Source: Nitrospirota bacterium
GTDB lineage: Bacteria > Nitrospirota > UBA9217
Direction of reading: 5' to 3'
DNA: 64,000 nt
NCBI GenBank assembly: GCA_963740085.1
Contig: CAVUCU010000001.1
Span: forward strand, 1,088,001-1,152,000
The position numbers and the translations under genes were made by a program. This document shows positions 1 through 8,334 of this stretch, one piece after another (positions within the stretch are counted from its first letter, which is position 1; the number at the start of each line of letters is the position of its first letter). The notes below the pieces were generated by a model, which saw only the letters and a list, made by a program, of their open reading frames with translations, was not told the DNA's origin and searched no databases.

Positions 1-192
1 TATCTTGTGTTTGTACCCGCGCCGCAGGTATTTCCAGATCACCCGGACCCGTTCGTAGTCCTGCTTGCTGTATTCCCGCGCCTCCAGGTCGCCCATGGGG
101 ATGCGTTTCGGGTTTATATACCCCTTCTGCTCGAGGTAATAAAGTTTGTGCCTCGGGATATCGAGCTTGCTGATGATTTCGGACGTTTTCAT
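1..192 (-). CDS. MerR-family helix-turn-helix protein (runs off the window edge; absent from the ORF track)
   Basis: Manual translation from ATG at 192: MKTSEIISKLDIPRHKLYYLEQKGYINPKRIPMGDLEAREYSKQDYERVRVIWKYLRRGYKHKI. This matches the MerR pattern (L.YYE..G.I.P.R...R.Y). GGGGAG lies upstream. Confidence 0.75.
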   Translation of the reverse strand, partial: MKTSEIISKLDIPRHKLYYLEQKGYINPKRIPMGDLEAREYSKQDYERVRVIWKYLRRGYKHKI

Positions 193-229
193 GTGCCTTC
201 TCCCCAACAGGGACTGGATCCCAAAATAA

Positions 230-265
230 GGTTAAATCTAAGTTTGAGTTTGAGTTTGGGTTTAA
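230..265. repeat. Degenerate 6-nt-period tandem repeat
   Basis: ggttaa atctaa gtttga gtttga gtttgg gtttaa. Confidence 0.7.
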
Positions 266-284
266 TTTTATATAGATTGCATAA

Positions 285-313
285 AAAATAGCTTATATCA
301 CGGCGTTTGTCAA
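285..313 (-). promoter_or_regulatory. sigma70-type promoter for the MerR-like gene
   Basis: Minus strand TTGACA-17 nt-TATTTT. Confidence 0.55.
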
Positions 314-554
314 GGAAGAAAATGTTTATTTTCAATTTAATTTATAACCGAAAAAACCGACCTTAGTATGGCAACTAATGAGCAGGCGATCTTCGCAGCC
401 GATGAGCCCAGCCCTTCTCCGCTTGACAAGAGATAACAGCCCGGGCCGCGCTCTGACAGCTTCGCTTTCTGTTTTGTTGGTTGTGTTCTTCGGATAACCC
501 TATTGTTGAATGGTCTCCCGCCAGACTACCCGCGGCCGCTCATAGAATGTGTGA

Positions 555-2612
555 TCACGGATACATCTCTTTCCAGTCAAGCAAAATGAGCGGGTTATTG
601 CGTCGTTCGGCAGCGAGACACACCCGTTCCATGACAGGAGCCGCAACGGTCGGTCCGCCCCAGGCGGTGAATTTCGCCGACCATACCACGCCGCCTGATG
701 TCAGATGGCTCTCCCAGATATCTTTCGTTGCAGAGGTTGAGCTTTCATATATGCCGGACAACACCGCACCGGACACCGGGTGCGCCGCCATCTGGACCAG
801 ACTCGTATCGTCTCCTGTCGTCGCGATGCCGCCCCATGCAGCCCCGGTCCATTGTCTTCGACTGAGCTTGGAGCCGTTCCCCCACAAGATCCAAGCCCCG
901 CCCGCATTCGCAGCGGCGGTTTCATATACAAGATCGAAATTTCTGCTGGCATCCTCAAGACTGTTATCATGCTGAAGCCCCGTGGCATCCCAAGCCGCAC
1001 CGTTCCATAGAGAGGTGTTCAGATCGCTGCCGCTGTCCTGTACGCCGAGCATGATCTGGTTAGAATAGGGATCAGGTGCAAGTCGCACCCACCTCGCGGT
1101 GTGATTTCCTATGCTATTTATCCTCTGATCCGGAAAAGTGAGTAAGCTTGCGCTTGCGCCATCCCAGATTTTATAGCCGATATATCGAGTTGCGTTCGTA
1201 CCCCAGGCAAACAGTGCCCTTCCTGACTGCTGCTCATAGGCCACATGGATCGATTTGGTTGCGGACGTGGAGCCCCCTGTATCCCAGACTGCAGCAGCCC
1301 CCATATTATCCCAGGCAACGCCGGTCCAGCGTAGCCCATAAACATACACATTGGTCGATCCGAGCACTATCATGGCGATTTCGTTGCTTGCGCTTAATGG
1401 ATTGCGGGCAATCTCGATCCAGCGCGGGACACCGATACTGGCCGAAGCGAGATTCTGGCTTGCTTGAGCTGTCCACGAAAATCCGTCCCAAATGCGGTAG
1501 GAAATCTGGTTGGCGACATTTCTGCTATAGACGACCATTGCGCGATCGCCGCTTGTTTCGTACTCGACATCAAACCCCCGATATGCCGAGTTGGCCGCCG
1601 AAGCGTTGCCCATAAGGGTTGTCGCACCCCAGCCCACACCATTCCATACCTGCACCCTGATATCGCCGGTCGAGTCAAGCGTTCCGAGAATTGCCTCGTC
1701 CCGGGTCCGTGCAAATCTCAAGATCATATACTGAATGGTCCTCCCGGCGCCAACAGAATTAGCCTGAAACTCCGCGCCCCAGGCAGTCCCGTCCCAACGC
1801 CGGCAATACGGGATCGGATCACCGTTCGCTTTCGCATAGACCATCATGGCTCCTGAACTGATATTTTGCATACCACTGCGTGTCACAACGCGCTGTGCGC
1901 TGCCGACAAAACCAGTGGACATGATTGTATATTGAAAAACATTGCTCCCAAGCAGATGTGCGGCAGCCGGAGATCCCTTGTAACCTCGCGCGCAGCTTGT
2001 GAACTGCGTTGTTCCATTGACGCTTGCGCAAAAGATATACTCCGAATCTATGGCGATCACGCCGGGGATGTTGAACCCGACGTTCGACGTGACGTTGATC
2101 GTTGTGCTCCCGATAGGGAGCGGGTTATCGGTGACCGTCGTCACAGGGTAAACCGCGTTGCCGGCTGTATGGGCGCTGGCAGCCGTGCCTCCCGCGCCGC
2201 GAACAACGCCGGCATTAAATTGCGTGGCATTCTTGCCGGTGTACGTGATCAACTCAGAATCAATACTGATGCGACCCGCGTTCGGGAAGGTTGCGGTAGA
2301 CTGAACAGTTATCGTCGTCCCTGCCGCTCCCGGATCAACCGTCAGATACGTGGGAGTGGAAACCGTAAAGCTTCCCGTGCCAAGGCCCATGGGACCGGCC
2401 ATTGAGTAATTAGGGAACGCCCGGTTCGCCAGTATATACTCCATTCCCCCCTCGGCAACGGAAAGCGCCTGGGCGGATCGAAGGTCGTTTACCGATGTAA
2501 AAGTGCTCGTGCTGGTCATCGTCAGAAACATCACGCCCATGAACGCGAGCACAACGATGATGAATATCGCCGCGATGAGAGAGACGCCCTTTGCATTATC
2601 CTTCAATGTCAT
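555..2612 (-). CDS. PilX/MshP-like minor pilin fused to a large adhesin-like C-terminus
   Basis: KG|VSLIAAIFIIVVLAFMG hydrophobic pilin helix without Glu5, the PilX-type motif SAQALSVAEGG, two internal ~67-aa repeats, then many W(D/N/T)G..W repeats. Confidence 0.75.
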   Translation of the reverse strand: MTLKDNAKGVSLIAAIFIIVVLAFMGVMFLTMTSTSTFTSVNDLRSAQALSVAEGGMEYILANRAFPNYSMAGPMGLGTGSFTVSTPTYLTVDPGAAGTTITVQSTATFPNAGRISIDSELITYTGKNATQFNAGVVRGAGGTAASAHTAGNAVYPVTTVTDNPLPIGSTTINVTSNVGFNIPGVIAIDSEYIFCASVNGTTQFTSCARGYKGSPAAAHLLGSNVFQYTIMSTGFVGSAQRVVTRSGMQNISSGAMMVYAKANGDPIPYCRRWDGTAWGAEFQANSVGAGRTIQYMILRFARTRDEAILGTLDSTGDIRVQVWNGVGWGATTLMGNASAANSAYRGFDVEYETSGDRAMVVYSRNVANQISYRIWDGFSWTAQASQNLASASIGVPRWIEIARNPLSASNEIAMIVLGSTNVYVYGLRWTGVAWDNMGAAAVWDTGGSTSATKSIHVAYEQQSGRALFAWGTNATRYIGYKIWDGASASLLTFPDQRINSIGNHTARWVRLAPDPYSNQIMLGVQDSGSDLNTSLWNGAAWDATGLQHDNSLEDASRNFDLVYETAAANAGGAWILWGNGSKLSRRQWTGAAWGGIATTGDDTSLVQMAAHPVSGAVLSGIYESSTSATKDIWESHLTSGGVVWSAKFTAWGGPTVAAPVMERVCLAAERRNNPLILLDWKEMYP

Positions 2613-2663
2613 CTCCGCCCCAGCATATCCTGACCCGTGACCCTTGCCCCTTGACTCTGTTAT

Positions 2664-3260
2664 TTAGAAATTCCTCGGATGCACCCTGGTTCGCATCTGC
2701 AGAGATTCCGAACCCTGTGTATCGGTTAGATTGATCTCAACAAACCAGAGGTTTACTGCTGTTGCTCCTCCGGTTCCGGTCGAATCGAGATACGTGAATG
2801 TCAGCGGGTTAACTCCGCTCGAAGCTAGGGCGTTCCACCCACCCCATGCCACCGGGCTGCACGTCGGGCTCTCACGCCGGTTCAAGGCCGCGCCCGCAAG
2901 CTGAAATTCTACCGCTTTTCCGGTCACATCACAAAAAATCAAGTCTGTGGCGGCCATCGTTGGGATATCGCCAGCTGTCTGGGTCCGGATCATCCGGATT
3001 TCCCTGGCCATTCGCTCCATGGCAAGCCCGGCCTGGTAGTGGACGTCGCTGAGGTCCTGCTCAGCGGTATACGCCTTCATACCCTGCAGGATGATTATTG
3101 CAGCAATGCTGGAAATGATTCCGACTATCACAATGGTTATGACGATTTCGATAAGGGTGAAGCCGTTTGATTTCGGAGTGCGGAGGGTGGGATGCGAAAT
3201 GACGGCCGCCCCGCAACGCGCAACTCGCAGCCCGTTTTTATTCTTTTTCAGCATATGCAC
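2664..3260 (-). CDS. Minor pilin, MshO/PilW-like, with an unusually long leader
   Basis: NG|FTLIEIVITIVIVGII N-methylation motif; MERMAREIR helix. Confidence 0.8.
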   Translation of the reverse strand: MHMLKKNKNGLRVARCGAAVISHPTLRTPKSNGFTLIEIVITIVIVGIISSIAAIIILQGMKAYTAEQDLSDVHYQAGLAMERMAREIRMIRTQTAGDIPTMAATDLIFCDVTGKAVEFQLAGAALNRRESPTCSPVAWGGWNALASSGVNPLTFTYLDSTGTGGATAVNLWFVEINLTDTQGSESLQMRTRVHPRNF

Positions 3261-3263
3261 CCT

Positions 3264-3710
3264 TTAATAATTCGTCACAAGCGTATCCAAGGCTATTCCC
3301 CCGATGAGCGCATTGGTCACGGTCACCGTTGCGCGCGCATAACCTGAAGCGCATGGCGGAGCGCCGGTACCGGTGTTCACATCCAGCGCAGTCACGCACA
3401 CAACCGCCCTTGCCCACGAGAATGCGGCATACGGCGCGGGAAACGCCCCCCCGGCATTCGGCACAACAGCATTGAACCCGCCTGACTTCCGAAGCGCGAT
3501 CACATCGTCCATCTTCTCCTGCGCCAGAGAGACCGCCTGGCTAAGGATCAGCGGATTTGCGCTTCCCTTCATGCCGGTGGTAAAGACGGAAAGCACTCCG
3601 ATAGCCGCAATCGAGAGAATCACGAGGGTAATGATTGTCTCGATCAGCGTGAAGCCGCTCTCTCCTGACTTCTGGCTCCTGACTCTTGACCTATTGTTCC
3701 ATATCATCAA
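3264..3710 (-). CDS. Minor pilin, MshD/PilV-like
   Basis: SG|FTLIETIITLVILSI; QAVSLAQEKMD motif; C-terminal TLVTNY. Confidence 0.8.
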   Translation of the reverse strand: MMIWNNRSRVRSQKSGESGFTLIETIITLVILSIAAIGVLSVFTTGMKGSANPLILSQAVSLAQEKMDDVIALRKSGGFNAVVPNAGGAFPAPYAAFSWARAVVCVTALDVNTGTGAPPCASGYARATVTVTNALIGGIALDTLVTNY

Positions 3711-4240
3711 TTCACCGCTCCGGTCTGCATGGTAACCGACACCCTCATGGTCGTATCACCATTCACATCTGCTGTCATGGTTGCAGCCAGTGGAACCTTT
3801 GAGCACGCACCGGCGCCGCACGTATAGGGCCGTCCGATGGAATCATATTCAAGGCAGGTAATTGATGGGGCAGGAATAGTAATACCCGCAAAATTTCCGG
3901 CATTCAACGTAACGAGCATATTCCCCCCGCCAGCTGGGTCAGAAGCTAACACGAATGCGCTGCAATTACCAGTGCCGCTGTTGTCAATTCCTATGGTGTA
4001 ACCCTGCGCCGGGGCCATAACCGGGGCCGGACCTGTTCCATTGAAATACACCCTTGTCCGCTTCCCTCGCGTCATTGCCAGGTTCTGCGCGTAGCGGATA
4101 TCGGCGCGCAATTTTTCAGCAAACGCCGCGGCGTTCGTCGCCGTCACGTTACCCAGTCTCGGTGCAGCAAAGACCGCTATAATCCCGATGAGCACGAGAA
4201 CCATGACAAGTTCTATGAGGGTGAAACCTTTTCGGTTCAT
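3707..4240 (-). CDS. Minor pilin, MshC/GspH/FimT-like
   Basis: KG|FTLIELVMVLVLIGII; LRADIRYAQNLAM motif. Start set at ATG 4240 because the GTG at 4249 abuts a -10 box. Confidence 0.8.
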   Translation of the reverse strand: MNRKGFTLIELVMVLVLIGIIAVFAAPRLGNVTATNAAAFAEKLRADIRYAQNLAMTRGKRTRVYFNGTGPAPVMAPAQGYTIGIDNSGTGNCSAFVLASDPAGGGNMLVTLNAGNFAGITIPAPSITCLEYDSIGRPYTCGAGACSKVPLAATMTADVNGDTTMRVSVTMQTGAVN

Positions 4241-4249
4241 GGTGTTCAC

Positions 4250-4278
4250 AGTATAACAACATCCTTTGGATAATTCAA
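4250..4278 (-). promoter_or_regulatory. sigma70-type promoter for the minor pilin sub-operon
   Basis: Minus strand TTGAAT-17 nt-TATACT with TG upstream of the -10. Confidence 0.6.
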
Positions 4279-4312
4279 GATTTTGAGCCTTTCAGAATGC
4301 CTCTCCAGGCTG

Positions 4313-6292
4313 CTATCCCCCTGTCTTGTCCAGCAATCGCAAAATATCGTTCCGGTCCCGGGCGTCCTTCGGCAGCAGGTTTAACGCCCGGATGAGCTGT
4401 TTCCTCGCTTCCTTGAGATCTCCTTTTGCGAGCATTGACTTGCCCATGCCTGTATAGGCAATGGCAAGATTGGGCGCTATCTTTGCCATAATAGCGAAGT
4501 GTCTATAGGCTTCGTCGTACATCTTTTTATCAAAATAGGTATTGGCAATAGTTCTGCGAATGTGAAGGTTCAATGGTTCGGCTCTTAATGCATTGCGAAG
4601 ATTCTCGGTCCCTTTCTCATTATCGCCTAACGAAAAATAACTCTCCGCAAGCATCAGGTAATCTTCCCCGTTTTGCGGAATTCCGCGGGTGGCCAGATAA
4701 AAATACTCCTGTGATTTGGCTTTATTGTCAAGAAGCCGGTAACATTCGCCGATAGAGGACAAAGCCGCCGGCGAATTCGGCTGCGTTTTTAAAATTGTCC
4801 GGTATTCATGAATTGCTTTGATATATTCTCTCTTTTCAGCATATATAATGCCGAGATTGTAATGATAGATATATGCGGCTCCTTCTGATTTCATGGACAG
4901 GAGAATTTTTTTTGCTTTTTCCAGGTCACCCTTGGAAAAATATGCAGAGGCCAGATTAATATATGTTTCCTCATAGTCGCTCCCTTTTTTTACGGCCGAG
5001 TTACACCTCTCGATGGCCTTATCTATGTCCATCATTTCCAGATATGATGCGCAGAGGTTGGAATCCGGCCTGATTTTTCCCGGCGATTTTTCGGCAGCGT
5101 CGGTCCATAGCCTGATAGGATCCTTATAGACGCTGTTGCGCACAAGGGTGAGCGTCCCGAATAGCATGATTACGCAAAGAATAACAGACACGCCGGCTCT
5201 TCTATAGCGGGCCATGAGGTCGGTTAATGCCTCGCTCAGGGCGAGAGAATATCCGAGCGATGCCGCGTAGACCCATCGCTCCGCCATGTAATCACTCAGC
5301 CGTACGACTAGGAATGGCGACAGGTTTATGAAAAACCAGACTATGGAAAAAGACACCACCTTGTTTTTGTTTCTGATAAGGAATGCGACGATAATAAGAC
5401 CGGCAATAATAACAAGTGAAATCATCGTCGCGGGATCAAGAGACAGCGATTCCCTTACATCAGGATCAATATTCTGTCCGTAGGGGAGTATCAACAGCCG
5501 GAGATAGGCAACAAAGACCTTTATTTCCGTAAAAATATGGACTGTCCAGCCCCGTCCCTGCTGAGTGGGATTCATGATGTACGTTGCAAAATAGTAGGAG
5601 AATCCCGCACCGATGATACCCAGAAACGGGAGGTAGTATTTGAACCTTGAGATGATCTTTCCCCTTGTATCGGAAACGAAGTAGAGATCAAATACAAGCA
5701 TAAGAACGGGTGCCACAATGGCCGCTTCCTTGCTGGCAAGCCCGAGGACGAAACAAACGATGCTCAACAAGTACGGGATGAGACGGAAGCCGTTCCAGGT
5801 TGCCTTGAAAAACAACAACATTGATGCAAGGATAAAAAATGCGGAAAGTTCGGAAGACCGGCTTGATATATAGGTGACGCTCTCCGTGGCTATGGGATGC
5901 AATAAGAATAACGTTGAAGCAAGTATGGATTTTAAATGGCAGGAGTCGTCTTTATCGTTGTCGACATAGCTTGAAAGAAGAAGATAGAAAAAAAAAGCCG
6001 TTGATATATGGATGAGCAGGTTGACAATATGGTACCCGAAGGTATCGAGACCGCTGATAAAATAATTTACATAGAAAGTAAAAAGAAGAAATGCCCTGCC
6101 GCCGATGATCGCCGTCAAATTATGCGTAATCCAGTCCAGAAATAAGGGAAACGATTTTATCAGTATCTGTTCCCTGAGAAAATGGATGTCATCGTAATGG
6201 AACGGGACTCCGAATGAATTGGAATAGGCGAGGAGGCCTATCATCGAGAGGAAGAGAAAAACGGATCGTGGTGTGATTTTTATGGTTTGCAA
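4313..6292 (-). CDS. TMTC-like GT-C membrane glycosyltransferase with C-terminal TPR repeats
   Basis: FHYDD acidic pair after TM1, YHIVNLLIH, LHPIATESVTYISSR, LASKE, AERWVY, RNSVYKDPIRLW, then several TPR-like helical repeats. Confidence 0.8.
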   Translation of the reverse strand: MQTIKITPRSVFLFLSMIGLLAYSNSFGVPFHYDDIHFLREQILIKSFPLFLDWITHNLTAIIGGRAFLLFTFYVNYFISGLDTFGYHIVNLLIHISTAFFFYLLLSSYVDNDKDDSCHLKSILASTLFLLHPIATESVTYISSRSSELSAFFILASMLLFFKATWNGFRLIPYLLSIVCFVLGLASKEAAIVAPVLMLVFDLYFVSDTRGKIISRFKYYLPFLGIIGAGFSYYFATYIMNPTQQGRGWTVHIFTEIKVFVAYLRLLILPYGQNIDPDVRESLSLDPATMISLVIIAGLIIVAFLIRNKNKVVSFSIVWFFINLSPFLVVRLSDYMAERWVYAASLGYSLALSEALTDLMARYRRAGVSVILCVIMLFGTLTLVRNSVYKDPIRLWTDAAEKSPGKIRPDSNLCASYLEMMDIDKAIERCNSAVKKGSDYEETYINLASAYFSKGDLEKAKKILLSMKSEGAAYIYHYNLGIIYAEKREYIKAIHEYRTILKTQPNSPAALSSIGECYRLLDNKAKSQEYFYLATRGIPQNGEDYLMLAESYFSLGDNEKGTENLRNALRAEPLNLHIRRTIANTYFDKKMYDEAYRHFAIMAKIAPNLAIAYTGMGKSMLAKGDLKEARKQLIRALNLLPKDARDRNDILRLLDKTGG

Positions 6293-6360
6293 TGGGGAAA
6301 TGATTGCTCACGAATGGGGGTATGATGCACCCCCATTCGTGAGATGACCACCGAATATCG

Positions 6361-6711
6361 TTAATCCGAGGTAAGGCCGCCCATATTAATAGTTTTCGTT
6401 GATCCACTGACGCCAATAAGGATATTGCCCGTGCCGGCGGCTGTTGCTGCAGTAGCACCGCCGCCAAGATTTGTATTCGCAATAACAATTGCCCTGGTCT
6501 TCACCAGCCCAAATCCTATACCCCCTGCCGAGGTAGCGATCAGCACTCCCGCGCTACTTTTTAATGAACCCTCCACACCGTTGAGGGCCGCGGTCGTGGC
6601 CGTTGTCGTCAGATCAATATACCTTGGGATGGCAACAGCCGCCAGGATGCCGAGGATCACAATGACCATGACCAGCTCGATGAGCGTGAAACCTTTCTCT
6701 GTTCTTAACAT
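6361..6711 (-). CDS. MshA-like type IV major pilin, copy 2
   Basis: KG|FTLIELVMVIVILGILAAVAIPRYIDL; near-identical to 6756..7106. Confidence 0.9.
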   Translation of the reverse strand: MLRTEKGFTLIELVMVIVILGILAAVAIPRYIDLTTTATTAALNGVEGSLKSSAGVLIATSAGGIGFGLVKTRAIVIANTNLGGGATAATAAGTGNILIGVSGSTKTINMGGLTSD

Positions 6712-6755
6712 GCCTGTTTCCTCACACCCATTCGTAAAATAACCGCCGACTACCG

Positions 6756-7106
6756 TTAATCCGAGGTAAGGCCGCCCATATTAATAGTTTTCGTTGACCC
6801 AGAGACGCCAATAAGGATATTGCCCACGCCGGCTGCTGTTGTTGCAGTAGCGCCTCCACCAAGATCCGTATTCGCAATAACAATTGCCCTGGTTTTCACG
6901 AGCCCGAATCCTACACCTCCTGCAGAAGTAGCAATCAGCACCCCGGCGCTTCCTTTTAATGAACCCTCCACTCCGTTCAGGGCCGCAGTTGTGGCCGTCG
7001 TTGTCAGATCGATATACCTTGGGATAGCTACAGCCGCCAGGATGCCGAGAATCACAATGACCATTACCAGCTCGATGAGTGTAAAGCCTTTCTGTGTCTT
7101 TACCAT
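6756..7106 (-). CDS. MshA-like type IV major pilin, copy 1
   Basis: KG|FTLIELVMVIVILGILAAVAIPRYIDL; AGGAGG RBS. Confidence 0.9.
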   Translation of the reverse strand: MVKTQKGFTLIELVMVIVILGILAAVAIPRYIDLTTTATTAALNGVEGSLKGSAGVLIATSAGGVGFGLVKTRAIVIANTDLGGGATATTAAGVGNILIGVSGSTKTINMGGLTSD

Positions 7107-7242
7107 TTTTGTATCCTCCTGTGCATAATATTATTGAACTCCGTTTTGTATTTCACTTAGCAGGTTTATAACCCGCGGAAGTATCGTTCAGGCAACCCGG
7201 ACCACCCGGAAAAAACGCCGCACCGGCTGTTCCTCAGTGCCA

Positions 7243-7707
7243 CTATAGTCCGCAGTCCGTTACATTTATCGTAATGACTGCCGGCGTAGCGCTGGTTGTA
7301 GGGCCGCTGTAGACCACACAGCACGTCGCAGCTCCGCCATTGGTGGGCCAAAATGTAACTGTAGGGCTTGTTATAGGCTGCACATCATACCCTGTTGTCT
7401 CGGTAAGAGCCGTGACTATGCCGGCTTGCGTGCCGAGGGGGACCCCGCTGCCTGGCTGCACTTCCACAAGAGTGCCATCCATATCAACAGTTGAGGCCGC
7501 GTTGTTTCCCACCACCATGTACTTTGCCCTTGCAAGAGTCACGGCACCTCTCAGTCCTCCGGCCAAGCCGTTTACCGCGGCCTTCCGGGCATCAGCTACG
7601 ATCCGAATATAACGCGGAATGGCCACTGCTGCAAGAATCCCCAGGATCACGATAACGATCACCAGTTCGATGAGTGTAAAGCCCTTGCTTTTTCTACCTG
7701 TCCTCAT
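7243..7707 (-). CDS. MshA/MshB-like pilin (start could also be 7719)
   Basis: KG|FTLIELVIVIVILGILAAVAIPRY..DARKAAVNGLAGGLRGAV; C-terminal cysteines. Confidence 0.85.
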   Translation of the reverse strand: MRTGRKSKGFTLIELVIVIVILGILAAVAIPRYIRIVADARKAAVNGLAGGLRGAVTLARAKYMVVGNNAASTVDMDGTLVEVQPGSGVPLGTQAGIVTALTETTGYDVQPITSPTVTFWPTNGGAATCCVVYSGPTTSATPAVITINVTDCGL

Positions 7708-7763
7708 CTCTTTCCCCATCCCTCCTTTCGACACGATTTTTTACAATGCGGTTCTGTTGAATA

Positions 7764-8183
7764 CTACCAGCTCTCGTACCCTTTTGTGGAAGCCTTGACT
7801 TCTCCGCGGACAGGGTCGTATGCATAACGATTTCCGAACGCGTCCACCAGATGTCCATCCGCATCCTGCGCCTGCTTTACGAGATATTTCTCGTCCAAAA
7901 AAATCGGACCGGAGGCGGTGGCCGCCCCGCTTCTTGCAGGAAACAGAACGTCATTCTCAATAAGTTCCCTGAGACTCCGGGGATTCCGTTCGTTCAGCAT
8001 ACGGAAAAGTCCGATACTGGTACGAATATTCGACAATCCCATTCTCAGAGCGGCTTCCCGAGCTTCGCGTGCCACTCGATTATATTTCGGAATCACAACG
8101 CCGATCAGAATGCCGATAAGGCAGAGCGTGATGACGGCATCAACGATCGTGAGTCCTTTTGCATCCTTAAAACCGGTCCCCAC
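7764..8183 (-). CDS. Atypical pilin/pseudopilin (Asp at position 5)
   Basis: GGAGG then GTG at 8183; KG|LTIVDAVITLCLIGILIGVVIP; AREAALRMGLSNIR; GspG-like DAFGNRYAY motif. Confidence 0.7.
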   Translation of the reverse strand: MGTGFKDAKGLTIVDAVITLCLIGILIGVVIPKYNRVAREAREAALRMGLSNIRTSIGLFRMLNERNPRSLRELIENDVLFPARSGAATASGPIFLDEKYLVKQAQDADGHLVDAFGNRYAYDPVRGEVKASTKGYESW

Positions 8184-8210
8184 GCTGCCTCCCAGACGGC
8201 ATTGGATTGG

Positions 8211-8239
8211 AGTATATCCTTTTTGATTTGCAGAGTCAA
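8211..8239 (-). promoter_or_regulatory. sigma70-type promoter upstream of the pilin genes
   Basis: Minus strand TTGACT-17 nt-TATACT. Confidence 0.6.
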
Positions 8240-8334
8240 CGTATCTTTTTGTTAAACCCATTAAACATGGCCATGCGTAAACAGCTGAAAAAACTTTCAC
8301 AAAATGCAATCGGAGATGTGCATCGGCTACTCAT

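Noticed and set aside
6361-7106. Pilins as conductive e-pili partnering the cytochromes
   Set aside because: Only three aromatic residues in 109 aa, with long aromatic-free gaps; MSHA-like rather than short Geobacter PilA-like.
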